DNA from: Antedon mediterranea
Lineage: Eukaryota > Animalia > Echinodermata
DNA length: 64,000 nucleotides
Assembly (NCBI RefSeq): GCF_964355755.1
Contig: NC_092679.1
Span: forward strand, 12,321,432 to 12,385,431
Reading direction: 5' to 3'
The notes below the pieces were generated by a model. It was not told the DNA's origin. It ran no database searches and saw only the letters and a list, made by a program, of their open reading frames with translations. Shown one piece after another: positions 15,001 through 28,100 of this stretch. Numbering within the stretch: the first letter of the stretch is position 1; every line of letters starts with the position of its first letter. Position numbers and translations under genes: made by a program.

Positions 15001-16976
15001 ACGATATGTTGAGAAAGTTACAAAATGTTATGTTTGCAAGTTTTCGAGAAAAGCGTTCCACAAAAATCATACAGAAAGAAAGAAGAGAAATAACTAGACA
15101 TGAAACTCGTCACTTTGACGAGTTAGTTATCCGCACGACAAACGCCACGTGCACGTCATACGTTGGAATATTGCACAGAGATAAAAATTATGGCATTATG
15201 ACCTGAACTGAAGAATATCATACGTTTTTAGTGCTGAATTCAGTCTATTTTGTGTCATATAGTATATACATGCAAACAGTATAATCTGTATACATTATTA
15301 CATACAGTGTAGAATAGGTGAAATTACGGAACCCGCAATTTATTCAAATTTTTAACATGGTTAAGGTATCAAAATGAAACACTAAGATAGCAATTTCGGG
15401 AGGAAATTATCTCAGTAACAACATATTAACGTGTAAAAGAAATTCGAATACGTGAATTATTGATGCGCGTTCTTTTAAATGTAATGAATGATGACGCAAA
15501 ATATGAAAATACGACATTTTTTATTTAACTGGCCATATGATGACGTCACAACATGCGATTGGCAAAATGTTCACAGGATTTCGTATCTACAATCCAATAG
15601 CTTCCAGAAAATGTTTTAATCGTGATTATCACATTTTAGTCTTACGAGCTACAACAGATAAAAATTTACTGTAAAGATGAAATTAATGACCCACGTAATT
15701 AAAATTTTTAGGCATGATGACCTCATAAAAATTTAAATATTTTTAACTTGTGCGAAAGATAGTTGATTTACCTAGACAATATCAAAATCGGCGTGAAAAT
15801 GGAAAACTGATAAGTGGCGATGCGTTCTACTAAATGTGATGAGCTATGACGAAAGATACAAAAATCCTAAATTTTATATTCACGTGGCCATACGATGACG
15901 TCACAATGTCCGGTTAGCCATAAAAATACATGATCCGATATCTACAACTCATCAACTTCCAGAATTTGTCATCCACAAAAAGTTGATCGTGTAGTTTAGA
16001 AATTATGACTGTTTAAAAAAAGGCATAATTTTGACAAATTTTTGAACTTTTTCATCAATAACGCGCGCAAATTGTCCAATTCGACGTGCTCGTATGACGT
16101 AACTTTAAGTCGAAATTGTTTAAAAGTTGGTAAAATTACTAGAAAAGGCTGGACAAATATAAATCACGCGAAAAAAATATGTTTTTAATGCTACGTGCGC
16201 ACCACACACGTAAAAATTTGCGCACGCGTGGGAATTTTTGACATGCTTAAAATGACATGAAACTCGTAGAAAATTGAATAGAAATTAATTTTGCGCATTT
16301 TAAAATTTTAAATGTGCGTGCACGCGTAACTTTGTGTAAAACACGCAATTTTTTTTTAACAGGAAGTTAGCGCATGACACAAATTAAACTTTTGCAAAGT
16401 TTCAGTTTAAAATCTTTTATGGTTTTCGATCTATGTTAAATACGCGAAATTCATAAAATCGCACGTAAGTCACGTTGCACAACTCTGACGTCATTAAAAA
16501 ATAAGAGGTGCACAAGTTCACGTAAATGCCCACATGTTGTCAAAGTTATGAAATGTTATGTTTACACATTTTAGAGAAACGCTCTACACAAAAATAGCGA
16601 GAAAGAAAGAAGAATAATACAGAAAAAAATATTGATCCCATACAATAACAAGGAGTTATCCGCCAAGTGCGGATAACTAAAAAGTTGATGTTGATGATGA
16701 TTTCGTACAATCACAAGAGGTTATCCTGCAACTTCGTTGCGGATAACCAAAAAAAAGTAACACTACAATTCCAAGGGCTTATCCGCTTGAGGCGGATAAC
16801 CAACTAGATCTAAACTCGTCACTTGAGGACGAGTTTGGTTATCCGCCAGCAACAAAACGTATCTTGCGTATTCAAGTACTTATAAGTTATGACTTTTCCA
16901 AAAAAAGTAGGCTATTCAAAATTAAAACTGCCCTTCAAGTGTAATAACCAAATAAACCTTTTTAATTAATTGTTTT

Positions 16977-17047
16977 CCCGAGACGGGATTCGAACCCGGT
17001 ACCTCTGATACCAAAGTCGGTTGCACTACACATCGATCCATATGAGC
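16977..17047 (-). pseudogene. tRNA-derived (SINE-head-like) module inside family C; further copies near 21580, 22185, 22495, 22822, 27399; diverged relatives in family B near 18845, 20338, 24743, 26160
   Basis: Minus strand reads gctcatatggatcgatgtgtagtgcaaccgactttggtatcagaggtaccGGGTTCGAATCCCgtctcggg: a B box / T-arm and an A-box-like TGGCTCGRTG in most copies. The acceptor stem is not intact. Confidence 0.65.
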
Positions 17048-20000
17048 ACCTGCTGAAAAAATCCGAAGAAAGAGTCCTCGTTCATTCGATATGTCGTGAA
17101 CCCCCCTCGATGCAAGTTGATTATTACATAATGAACTTAAATCATAATTTTTACTATGATGAAATCTTCACAAATTTTAAACAGTTACATATTATGAAAG
17201 TGCATACTTTCAAGTTTTATATATTAACATGTAAAGAAAAAAGATAAACGTTATGTTTATTGTTTTGCTCTTTGAATATGTTTATGTTTATTTGATGATA
17301 ATTATTTCAAAAATTACATTTAATATGCAAATAATGTAGCCATCAAACACTTTTTAACATTCAAGACTATAATAAATTAGACCTGTGATTAATACACTGC
17401 AAGAAAATAAAATAAAAAATGGGGGTAACCTTGCATTCTGATGAACTGTTTCATTTTTAAAAGTAGACATATTTTGCAACATTTTCACAATTTGTTGACG
17501 TTTTCGTGCGCAACCTGTCATGTTTAACGTGCTCGTAGAACGCCATTTCAAGTTGAAAAGTGAATAAAATAACGTAAAATTGTTAACCGAAGATTTAAAA
17601 ACACAAATCGTGTAAAAGAAATGTTCATACGTGTTCCCTACGCCGTGCGCGCGTAAAAATGTGCGCACCAGTGGCAATTTTTTAAACGCTTAAAATGACC
17701 TGAATCGTGCTCTAATTTAATCAGAAATTGATTTGAAGCATTTTAAAATTTCAAACGCCATTTACGCGTGCACTTTCTAATGTTACAAATTGCGGTAGCG
17801 TTAAAAAAGTTAACTATTGATGTGAAGCAAACGTGGCTGAAAATGATGTTAAAAAATATTCATTTGTTTCGAAGTTATAACCAATTTAAGATTTTCAGAA
17901 AATCACGCGTAACTTACGCTACGCGGCTCTGACATCGTCAAAAAGCTTGGCTGGACAACTTCAGTAAAATGTCTAAATGCTGAACAAGTTACAACATATT
18001 ATGTTTACACGTTGAAGAGAAACAGCGTGCACAAAATAAGAAGAGTAAAATATTTCAAACGCAATTTACGCGAAAACTTTCTAATCTCCAAAAATTTGTT
18101 AAACATTCCAAAAGTTAGCCATTGATGTGAAGAAAACGTGGCTGAAAATTTCGTTAAAAAATATTTATCGGTTTCGAAGTTATGACCGATTTAAGATTTT
18201 CAGAAAATCGCGCGTAACTTACGCTACGCGGATCTGACATTGTCAAAAAGCTTGGCAGTACATCTTCAGTTAATTGTCTATATGTTGACGAAGTTACAAC
18301 ATGTTTTGTTAACACGTTGAAGAGAAAACGCGTGCACAAAATCTGAGAAAGAAAGAAGAATAATAAAAAAAAAAAAAAGTAACACTACAATAACAAAGGT
18401 TATCCGCTTGAGGCGGATAACCAATAAATAAATAAATAAATAAAGATTTTGACAGAATCAAGAGGTTATATGCATATCATGCATATAACCTAATAAACTA
18501 GATTTAATTCGTCACTATGACGAATTATAGGTTATATGCATTGATTTAAATAAAGATAATTGATTTTTAAAATATATATTGATTGATTGATTTTCTCAGA
18601 ATCTTTAATTATTTATAATATATGATAGGACCTTGCTAACGCGAACACCATAGCCGGTATCACAATCCGATCAAAGATCCATATGCGTATAATGTCATAA
18701 ACCACATTTGTTGTTACATAATAATAAAGACATAAGTTAATTTTTATCTAGATTTCATTATAAATCATGTGTATAATCTATACACTAAGAAATAAATTTG
18801 AACAAACAATACGGATAATAAAAAAAAACTAATTTTGTTTCGTTTCCCAAGGTGAGACTCGATCTCGGTACTTGAATGCTATAGACACGAGCAAAGACCA
18901 CCGAGCCATACACAACTGACTAAAAGTTATGGAAAGATTCCTCCGTGTATTTACTATGCAGTAACCACTTTGGTGCAGATAGATTATTACATACCGCAAT
19001 GAATTATAATGTTTTACTATGATGACATCTTTAAAAATTAAAAAAAAATGATGCACTGTCAAACTATATACTTTTAACTTTAATATATGAACTTCTTAAG
19101 GAAGAAAGTTAACGTTAAGTTTGTTATTTTGGCCTAAGAAAATGTTATAATTTGTTTGATTGTCGAAATTAATTTTGTTAAATTTAATATGCCATTAATG
19201 ATGACTTAATCAACTTTTGTTCTTCTAATTTCATAATAAATCATACATATGATACATACACTTCAAGAAAATTAAATAAAAAATAGGTGTTCCCGAGCAT
19301 TCTAACGATATATATTAATTTTAAAATTTAGCATATTTTCACCATTTTGTTAACTTACACGTGCGTAGCCCGTCACTTTTGACGTCCTCGTATAACGCTG
19401 TTTCGCGTTGAAAAGTGAATAAAATATGATGATATTATTAAAGAAAGGTTATACAACAGTAATCGGACACAAACAGTGCGCATTAACGTTTGACGCGCAG
19501 TGCGCGTGCAAAAATCTGCGCACTCATGGCAATTTTTTAAACGCTTAAAATTGCCTGAAACGTACTCTAATTTCATCGAAAATAAATTCTGACAATTTTC
19601 AACATTTTAAGCGCGCGTACGCATGCGTTATATGCGCTACGCACGTAATTGTATTGCCATATGATGAAATATGACCTGAAATTTATGAGTACCAAATTTT
19701 GTTTAAAAGTGATTCATGTTTGTGAAGATATGATTACAAACGTGATTTCGTTAAATCGCGCGTAGACCGCGTAATTTTTGATTGCGCATCGTGAAAACAT
19801 AACCACATCGATTCCTGGCCATAAGGAATATACTCTGAAATATTGACTTAGATAGATGAAACTGATGCCAAGATAATTCACGGACAAATAGTGCTAAGGA
19901 AAGAATAAATAAATAAATAAATAAAGATTTTGACAGAATCAAGAGGTTATATGCATATCATGCATATAACCTAATAAATAAATAAACTAGATTTAATTCG

Positions 20001-22099
20001 TCACTATGACGAATTATAGGTTATATGCATTGATTTAAATAAAGATAATTGATTTTTTAAAGATATATTGATTGATTGATTTTCTCAGAATCTTTAATTA
20101 TTTATAATATATGATAGGACCTAGTACCTTGCTAACGCGAACACCATAGCCGGTATCACAATCCGATCAAAGATCCATATGCGTATAATGTCATAAACCA
20201 CATTTGTTGTTACATAATAATAAAGACATAAGTTAATTTTTATCTAGATTTCATTATAAATCATGTGTATAATCTATACACTAAGAAATAAATTTGAACA
20301 AACAATACGGATAATAAAAAAAAAATCTTATTTCGTTTCCCAAGGTGAGACTCGATCTCGGTACCTTGAATGCCATAGACACGAGCACAGACCACCGAGC
20401 CATACACAACTGACTAAAATTTGTAGAAAGATTCCTCCGTGTATTTACTATGCAGTAACCACTTTGATGCAAATAGATTATTACATACCGAAATGAATTA
20501 TAATTTTTTACTATGATGACATCTTTAAAATGTAAACAAATGATGCACTGTCAAACTACATACTTTTAACTTTAATATATGAACTTTTGAAGGAAGAAAG
20601 TTAATGTTAAGTTTGTTATTTTGGCCTAAGAAAATGTCATAATTTGTTTGATTGTCGAAATTATTTTTTTTAAATTTAATATGCAATTAATGATGACTTA
20701 ATCAACTTTGGTTCTCTTAATTTGATAATAAATCATACATATGATACATACACTTCAAGAAAATGAAATAAAAAATAGGTGTTCCCCTGCATTCTGACGA
20801 TATATATTAATTTAAAAATTTAGCATATTTTCACCATTTTGTTAACTTATACGTGCGTAGCCAATCACTTTTGACGTGCTCGTATAACGCAATTCCGAGT
20901 TGAAACCTGAATCAAATATGATGATATTATTAAAGAAAGATTGTAAAACAGAAATCGGGCAAAAAGAGTGCGCATTAACGTTTAACGCGCAGTGCGCGTG
21001 CAAAAATTTGCGCACTCATGGCAATTTTTTAAACGCTTAAAATTGCCTGAAACGTACTCTAATTTCATCGAAAATAAATTTTGACAATTTTGAACATTTT
21101 AAGCGCGCGTACGCAAGCGTTATATGCGCTACGCACGTAATTGTATTGCCATATGATGAAATATGACCTGAAATTTATGAGTACCAAATTTTGTTTAATT
21201 GTGATTCATGCTTGTGAAGATATGATTACAAACGTGATTTCGTAAAATCGCGCGTAGACCGCGTAATTTTTGATTACGCATCGTGAAAATATAACCACAT
21301 CGATTCCTGGCCATAAGGAATATACTCTGAAAACTTGACTTAGCTAGATTAAACTGATGCCAAGATAATGCACGGACAAAATAGTGCTAAGGAAAGAATA
21401 AATAAACTAGAACTTAAACTCGTCACTTGAGGACGAGTTTGGTTATCCGCCCGCAAAAAAAACGTATCTTGTGCATTCAAGTACTTTTCAATCATGACTT
21501 TTCCAAAAAGTAGCCTATTCGAAATTAAAACTGCCCTTTCATTGTAATAACCATATAAATCATTTTATTTAATTGGTTTCCCGTGACGAGATTCGATCCC
21601 GGTACCTCTGATACCAAAGTCGGTTGCACTACACATCGAGCCATATGAGCACCTGCCGAAGGAAATCCGAAGAAAGTTTACACGTTCATTCGGTATGTCG
21701 TGAACCACTCGATGCAAATAGATTATTACTTAGCAAACTAAATCATAATTTTTACTATGATGAAATCTTCAAAAATGTTAAACAGTGACATATTATGAAA
21801 GTGCATACTTTTAAGTTGTATATATTAACATGTGAAGAAAAAAGATAAACGTTATATTTATTGTTTTGCTCCTTGAAAACGTTTATGTTTGTTTGATGAT
21901 AAATATTTCAAAAATTATATTTAATATGCAAATAATGTAGCCATCAAACACGTTTTAGCATTCAACACTATAATAAATCAGACCTATGATTCATACACTG
22001 CAAGAAATTAAAATAAAAAATGGGGGTAACCTTGCATTCTGATGAACTGTATCATTTTTAAAAGTAAAAAAAATCAAAATAAAGAGTGCCAAGCCTTGA

Positions 22100-22147
22100 T
22101 TCAACGTTTCGATCTTTATTTGATCATCATAAATATCATCATCAGGT
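22100..22147 (-). ncRNA. Hammerhead-ribozyme-like core remnant (Penelope-type)
   Basis: Minus strand cCTGATGAt..gatc-aaataaa-gatcGAAACgttg: conserved boxes flanking a stem II, with a short internal duplication. Confidence 0.45.
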
Positions 22148-25100
22148 GTAACTAAAAAAACAAACTTATGTTTTAACGTTGTTTCCCATGCTGGGATTCG
22201 ATCCCTGTGCGGCTAATAGCAAAGTCGGTGGCACTACACATCGAGCCATAAGGACACCCGTTACATATGTCACGAAGAAAGATTCCTTGTCCATTTGCTA
22301 TTTCATGAACCCCTTGATGGAAATAGATTATTACATACCGAATTAAATCATGATTTATACTATGATGGCATTTTCAACAAAATAAAAAAGTCACATATTT
22401 TTTTTATAAAATAATATTGACGGGAAAAACTACGTTTATTGTTTCACGCTTACAAAACAATTGTTATTTTTATATCATTTTATTTAAATGTTTTCCCGTG
22501 ATGGAATTTGATCCCGGTATCTCTGATACCAAATTCGGTTGCACTAACACATCGAGCCATATGAGCACCTGCCGAAAAAAATCCGAAGAAAGAGTCCTCG
22601 TGCATTCGGTATGTCGTGAACACCCCTCGATGCAAGTTGATTATTACATATCAAACTAAATCATAATTTTAACTATGAAGAAATCTTCACAAATTTTAAA
22701 CAGTGACACATTACAAAAGTGCGTATCTTGCGCATTCAAGTACTTTTCAGTTGTGACTATTCAAAATTAAAACTGCCCTCTCAGTGTAATAACCAACTAA
22801 ACCCTTTTAATTAATTGTTTTCCCGTTACGGGACTCGAACCCGGTACCTCTGATACCAAAGTCGGTTGCATTACACATCGAGCCATATGACCACCTGCTG
22901 ACGAAAATCCGAAGAAAGAGTCCTCGTTCATTCGGTATGTCGTGAACCCCCTCGATGCAAGTTGATTATTACATATCAAACTTAAATCATAAATTTTACT
23001 ATGATGAAATCTTCAAAAATTTTAAACGCTGATATTTTATGAAAGTACATACTTTCAAGTTTTATATATTAACATGTAAAGAAAAAAGATAAATGTTATG
23101 TTTATTGTTTTGCTCTTTGAATAAGTTTATGTTTGTTTGATGATAAATATTTCAAAAATTATATTTAATATGCAAATAATGTAGCCATCAAACACGTTTT
23201 AGCATTCAACACTATAATAAATCAGACCTATGATTCATACACTGCAAGAAATTAAAATAAAAAATGGGGGTAACCTTGCATTCTGATGAACTGTGTCATT
23301 TTTAAAAGTAGACATATTTTGGAACATTTTCACAATTTGTTGACGTTTTCGTGCGCAACCTGTCATGTTTAACGTGCTCGTAGAACGCCATTTCAAGTTG
23401 AAAAGTGAATAAAATAACGTAAAATTGTTAACAGAAGATTTAAAAACACAAATCGTGTAAAAGAAATGCTCATACCTGTTCCCTGCGCCGTGCGCGCGTA
23501 AAAATGTGCGCACCAGTGGCAATTTTTTAAACGCTTAAAATGACCTGAATCGTGCTCTAATTTAATCAGAAATTGATTTGAAGCATTTTAAAATTTCAAA
23601 CGCCATTTACGCGCGCACTTTCTAATGTTACAAATTGCGATAGCGTTAAAAAAGTTAACTATTGATGTGAAGCAAACGTGGCTGAAAATGACGTTAAAAA
23701 ATATTCATTTGTTTCGAAGTTATAACCAATTTAAGATTTTCAGAAAATCACGCGTAACTTACGCTACGCGGCTCTGACATCGTCAAAAAGCTTGGCTGGA
23801 CAACTTCAGTAAAATGTCTATATGTTGAACAAGTTACAAAATGTTATGTTAACGCGTTACAGAGAAACAGCGTGCACAAATTAGGAGCATTTTAAAATTT
23901 CAAACGCAGTTTACGCGCAGACTTTCTAGTGTTCAAAAATTTGCTGAAGAGCGAAAAAGTTAGCCATTGATGTGAAGAAAACGTGGCTGAAAATTTCGTT
24001 AAAAAATATTTATCGGTTTCGAAGTTATGACCGATTTAAGATTTTCAGAAAATCGCGCGTAACTTACGCTACGCGGATCTGACATTGTTCAAAAGCTTCG
24101 CAGTACATCTTCAGTTAATTGTCTATATGTTGACCAAGTTACAAAATGTTATGTTAACACGTTCAAGAGAAAACGCGTACACAAAATCTGAGAAAGAAAG
24201 AAGAATAATAAAAAAAAAAAGTAACACTACAATAACAAAGGTTATCCGCTTGAGGCGGATAACCAATAAATAAATAAATAAATAAAGATTTTGACAGAAT
24301 CAAGAGGTTATATGCATATCATGCATATAACCTAATAAAGATTTTGACAGAATCAAGAGGTTATATGCATATCATGCATATAACCTAATAAACTAGATTT
24401 AATTCGTCACTATGACGAATTATAGGTTATATGCATTGATAATTAAAATAAAGATAATTTATTTTTAAAAGATATTTTGATTCATTGATTTTCTCAGATT
24501 CTTTAAATAATATATAATTATATGATAGGACCTTGCTAACGCGAATACAATAGCCGGTATCACAATCCGATCAAAGATCCCTCTGCGTATAATGTCATAA
24601 ACCACATTTGCTGTTACATAATAATAAAGACATAAGTTATTTTTTATCTAGATTTCATTATAAATCATGTGTATAATATATACACTAAGAAATAAATTTG
24701 AACAAACAATACGGATAATAAAAAAAAAAATCTTATTTCGTTTCCCAAGGTGAGACTCGATCTCGGTACCTTGAGTGCCATAGACACGAGCACACACCAC
24801 CGAGCCATACACAACTGACTAAAAATTGTAGAAAAATTCCTACGTGTATTTACTATGCAGTAACCACTTTGGTGCAGATAGATTATTACATACCGCAATG
24901 AATTATAATTTTTTACTATGATGACATCTCTAAAAATGTACAAAAATGATGCACTGTCAAACTATATACTTTTAACTTTAATATATGAACTTTTGAAGGA
25001 AGAAAGTTAATGTTAAGTTTGTTATTTTGGCCTAAGAAAATGTCATAATTTGTTTGATTGTCGAAATGAATTTTTTTAAATTTAATATGCAATTAATTAT

Positions 25101-28100
25101 GGCTTAATCAACTTTTGTTCCCTTAGTTTAATAATAAATCATACATAAGATACATACACTTCAAGAAAATGAAATAAAAAATATGTGTTCCCGAGCATTC
25201 TGACGATCTATATTAATTTTAAAATTTAGCATATTTTCACCATTTTGTTAACTTACACGTGCGTAGCCTGTCACTTTTGACGTGCTCGTATAAGGCAATT
25301 ACGCGTTGAAAAGTGAATAAAATATGATGATATTATTAAAGAAAGGTTGTACAACCGAAATCGGACAAAAAGAGTGCGCATTACCGTATAACGCGCAGTG
25401 CGCGTGCAAAAATCTGCGCACTCATGGCAATTTTTTAAACGCTTAAAATTGCCTGAAACGTACTCTAATTTCATCGAAAATAAATTTTGACAATTTTGAA
25501 CATCTTAAGCGCGCGTACGCAAGCGTTATATGCGCTACGCACGTAATTGTATTGCCATATGATGAAATATGACCTGAAATTTATGAGTACCAAATTTTGT
25601 TTAATTGTGATTCATGCTTGTGAAGATGTGATTACAAACGGGATTTCGTAAAATCGCGCGTAGACCGCGTAATTTTTGATTACGCATCGTGAAAATATAA
25701 CCACATCGATTCCTGGCCATAAGGAATATACTCTGAAAAATTGACTTAGATAGATGAAACTGATATCAAGATAATTCACGGACAAAATAGTGCTAAGGAA
25801 AGAATAAATAAATAAACTAGATTTAATTCGTCACTATGACGAATTATAGGTTATATGCATTGATTTAAATAAAGATAATTGATTTTTAAAAGATATTTTG
25901 ATTGATTGATTTTCTCAGAATCTTTAATTATTTATAATATATGATAGGACCTTGCTAACGCGAACACCATAGCCGGTATCACAATCCGATCAAAGATCCA
26001 TATGCGTATAATGTCATAAACCACATTTGTTGTTACATAATAATAAAGACATCAGTTAATTTTTATCTAGATTTCATTATAATCATGTGTATAATCTATA
26101 CACTAAGAAATAAATTTGAACAAACAATACGAATAATAAAAAAAAAATCTTATTTCGTTTCCCAAGGTGAGACTCGATCTCGGTACCTTGAATGCCATAG
26201 ACACGAGCACAGACCACCGAGCCGTACACAACTGACTAAAAGTGTAGAAAAATTCCTCCGTGTATTTACTATGCAGTAACCACTTTGATGCAAATAGATT
26301 ATTACATACCGAAATGAATTATAATTTTTTACTATGATGACATCTTTAAAATGTATACAAATGATGCACTGTCAAACTACATACTTTTAACTTTAATATA
26401 TGAATTTTTGAAGGAAGAAAGTGTATGTTAAGTTTGTTATTTTGGCCTAAGAAAATGTCATAATTTGTTTGATTGTCGAAAAATTTTTTTTAAAATTTAA
26501 TATGCAATTAATAATGACTTAATCAACTTTTGTTCTCTTTATTTGATAATAAATCATACATATGATACATACACTTCAAGAAAATGAAATAAAAAATAGG
26601 TGTTCCCCTGCATTCTGACGATATATATTAATTTTAAAATTTAGCATATTTTCACCATTTTGTTAACTTATACGTGCGTAGCCAGTCACTTTTGACGTGC
26701 TCGTATAACGCAATTTCGAGTTGAAACCTGAATCAAATATGATTATATTATTAAAGAAAGATTGTAAAACAGAAATCGGGCAAAAAGAGTGCGCATTAAC
26801 GTTTAACGCGCAGTGCGCGTGCAAAAATCTGCGCACTCATGGAAATTTTTTAAACGCTTAAAATTGCCTGAAACGTACTCTAATTTCATCGAAAATAAAT
26901 TTTGACAATTTTGAACATTTTAAGCGCGCGTACGCAAGCGTTATATGCGCTACGCACGTAATTTTATTGCCATATGATGAAATATGACCTGAAATTTATG
27001 AGTACCAAATTTTGTTTAATTGTGATTCATGCTTGTGAAGATATGATTACAAACGTGATTTCGTAAAATCGCGCGTAGACCGCGTAATTTTTGATTACGC
27101 ATCGTGAAAATATAACCACATCGATTCCTGGCCATGAGGAATATACTCTGAAAACTTGACTTAGCTAGATTAAACTGATGCCAAGATAATGCACGGACAA
27201 AATAGTGCTAAGGAAAGAATAAATAAACTAGATCTGAACTCGTCACTTGAGGACGAGTTTGGTTATCCGCCAGCAACAAAACGTATCTTGCGCATTCAAG
27301 TACTTTTCAGTTGTGACTTTTCCAAAAAGTAGCCTATTCAAAATTAAAACTGCCCTTTCAGTGTAATAACCAAACAAATCCTTTTATTTAATTGTTTTCC
27401 CGTGATGCGATTTGAACCCGGTATCTCTGATACCAAAGTCGGTTGCACTACACATCGAGCCATATGAGCACCTGCTGAAGAAAATCCGAAGAAAGAGTCC
27501 TCGTTCATTCGGTATGTCGTGAATCCCCTCGATGCAAGTTGATTATTACATATCAAACTTAAATCATAAATTTTACTATGATGAAATCTTCACAAATTTT
27601 AAACAGTGACATATTAGCAAAGTGCATACTTTCAAGTTTTATATATCAACATGTAAAGAAAAAAGATAAACGTTATGTTTATTGTTTTGCTCTTTGAATA
27701 TGTTATTGTTTGTTTGATGATAAAAATTTCGAAAATTATATTTAATATGCAAATAATGTAGCCATCAAACACGTTTTAACATTCAACACTATAATAAATC
27801 AGATCTACGATTCATAGACTGTAATAAAATTTAAAAAAAAATGGGGGTAACCTTGCATTCTGATGAACTGTATCACTTTTAAAAGTAGACATATTTTGCA
27901 ACATTTTCACAATTTGTTGACGTTTTCGTGCGCAACCAGTCATGTTTAACGTGCTCGTAGAACGCCATTTCAAGTTGAAAAGTGAATAAAATAACGTAAA
28001 ATTGTTAACCTAATTTTGAAAAACACAATTTATGTAAAAGAAAAGCTTATACGCGTTCCCTGCGCCGTGCGCGCGTAAAAATGTGCGCACCAGTGGCAAT

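Noticed and set aside
16977-17047. Functional tRNA gene
   Set aside because: Acceptor and anticodon stems do not pair properly and copies vary; treated as tRNA-derived.
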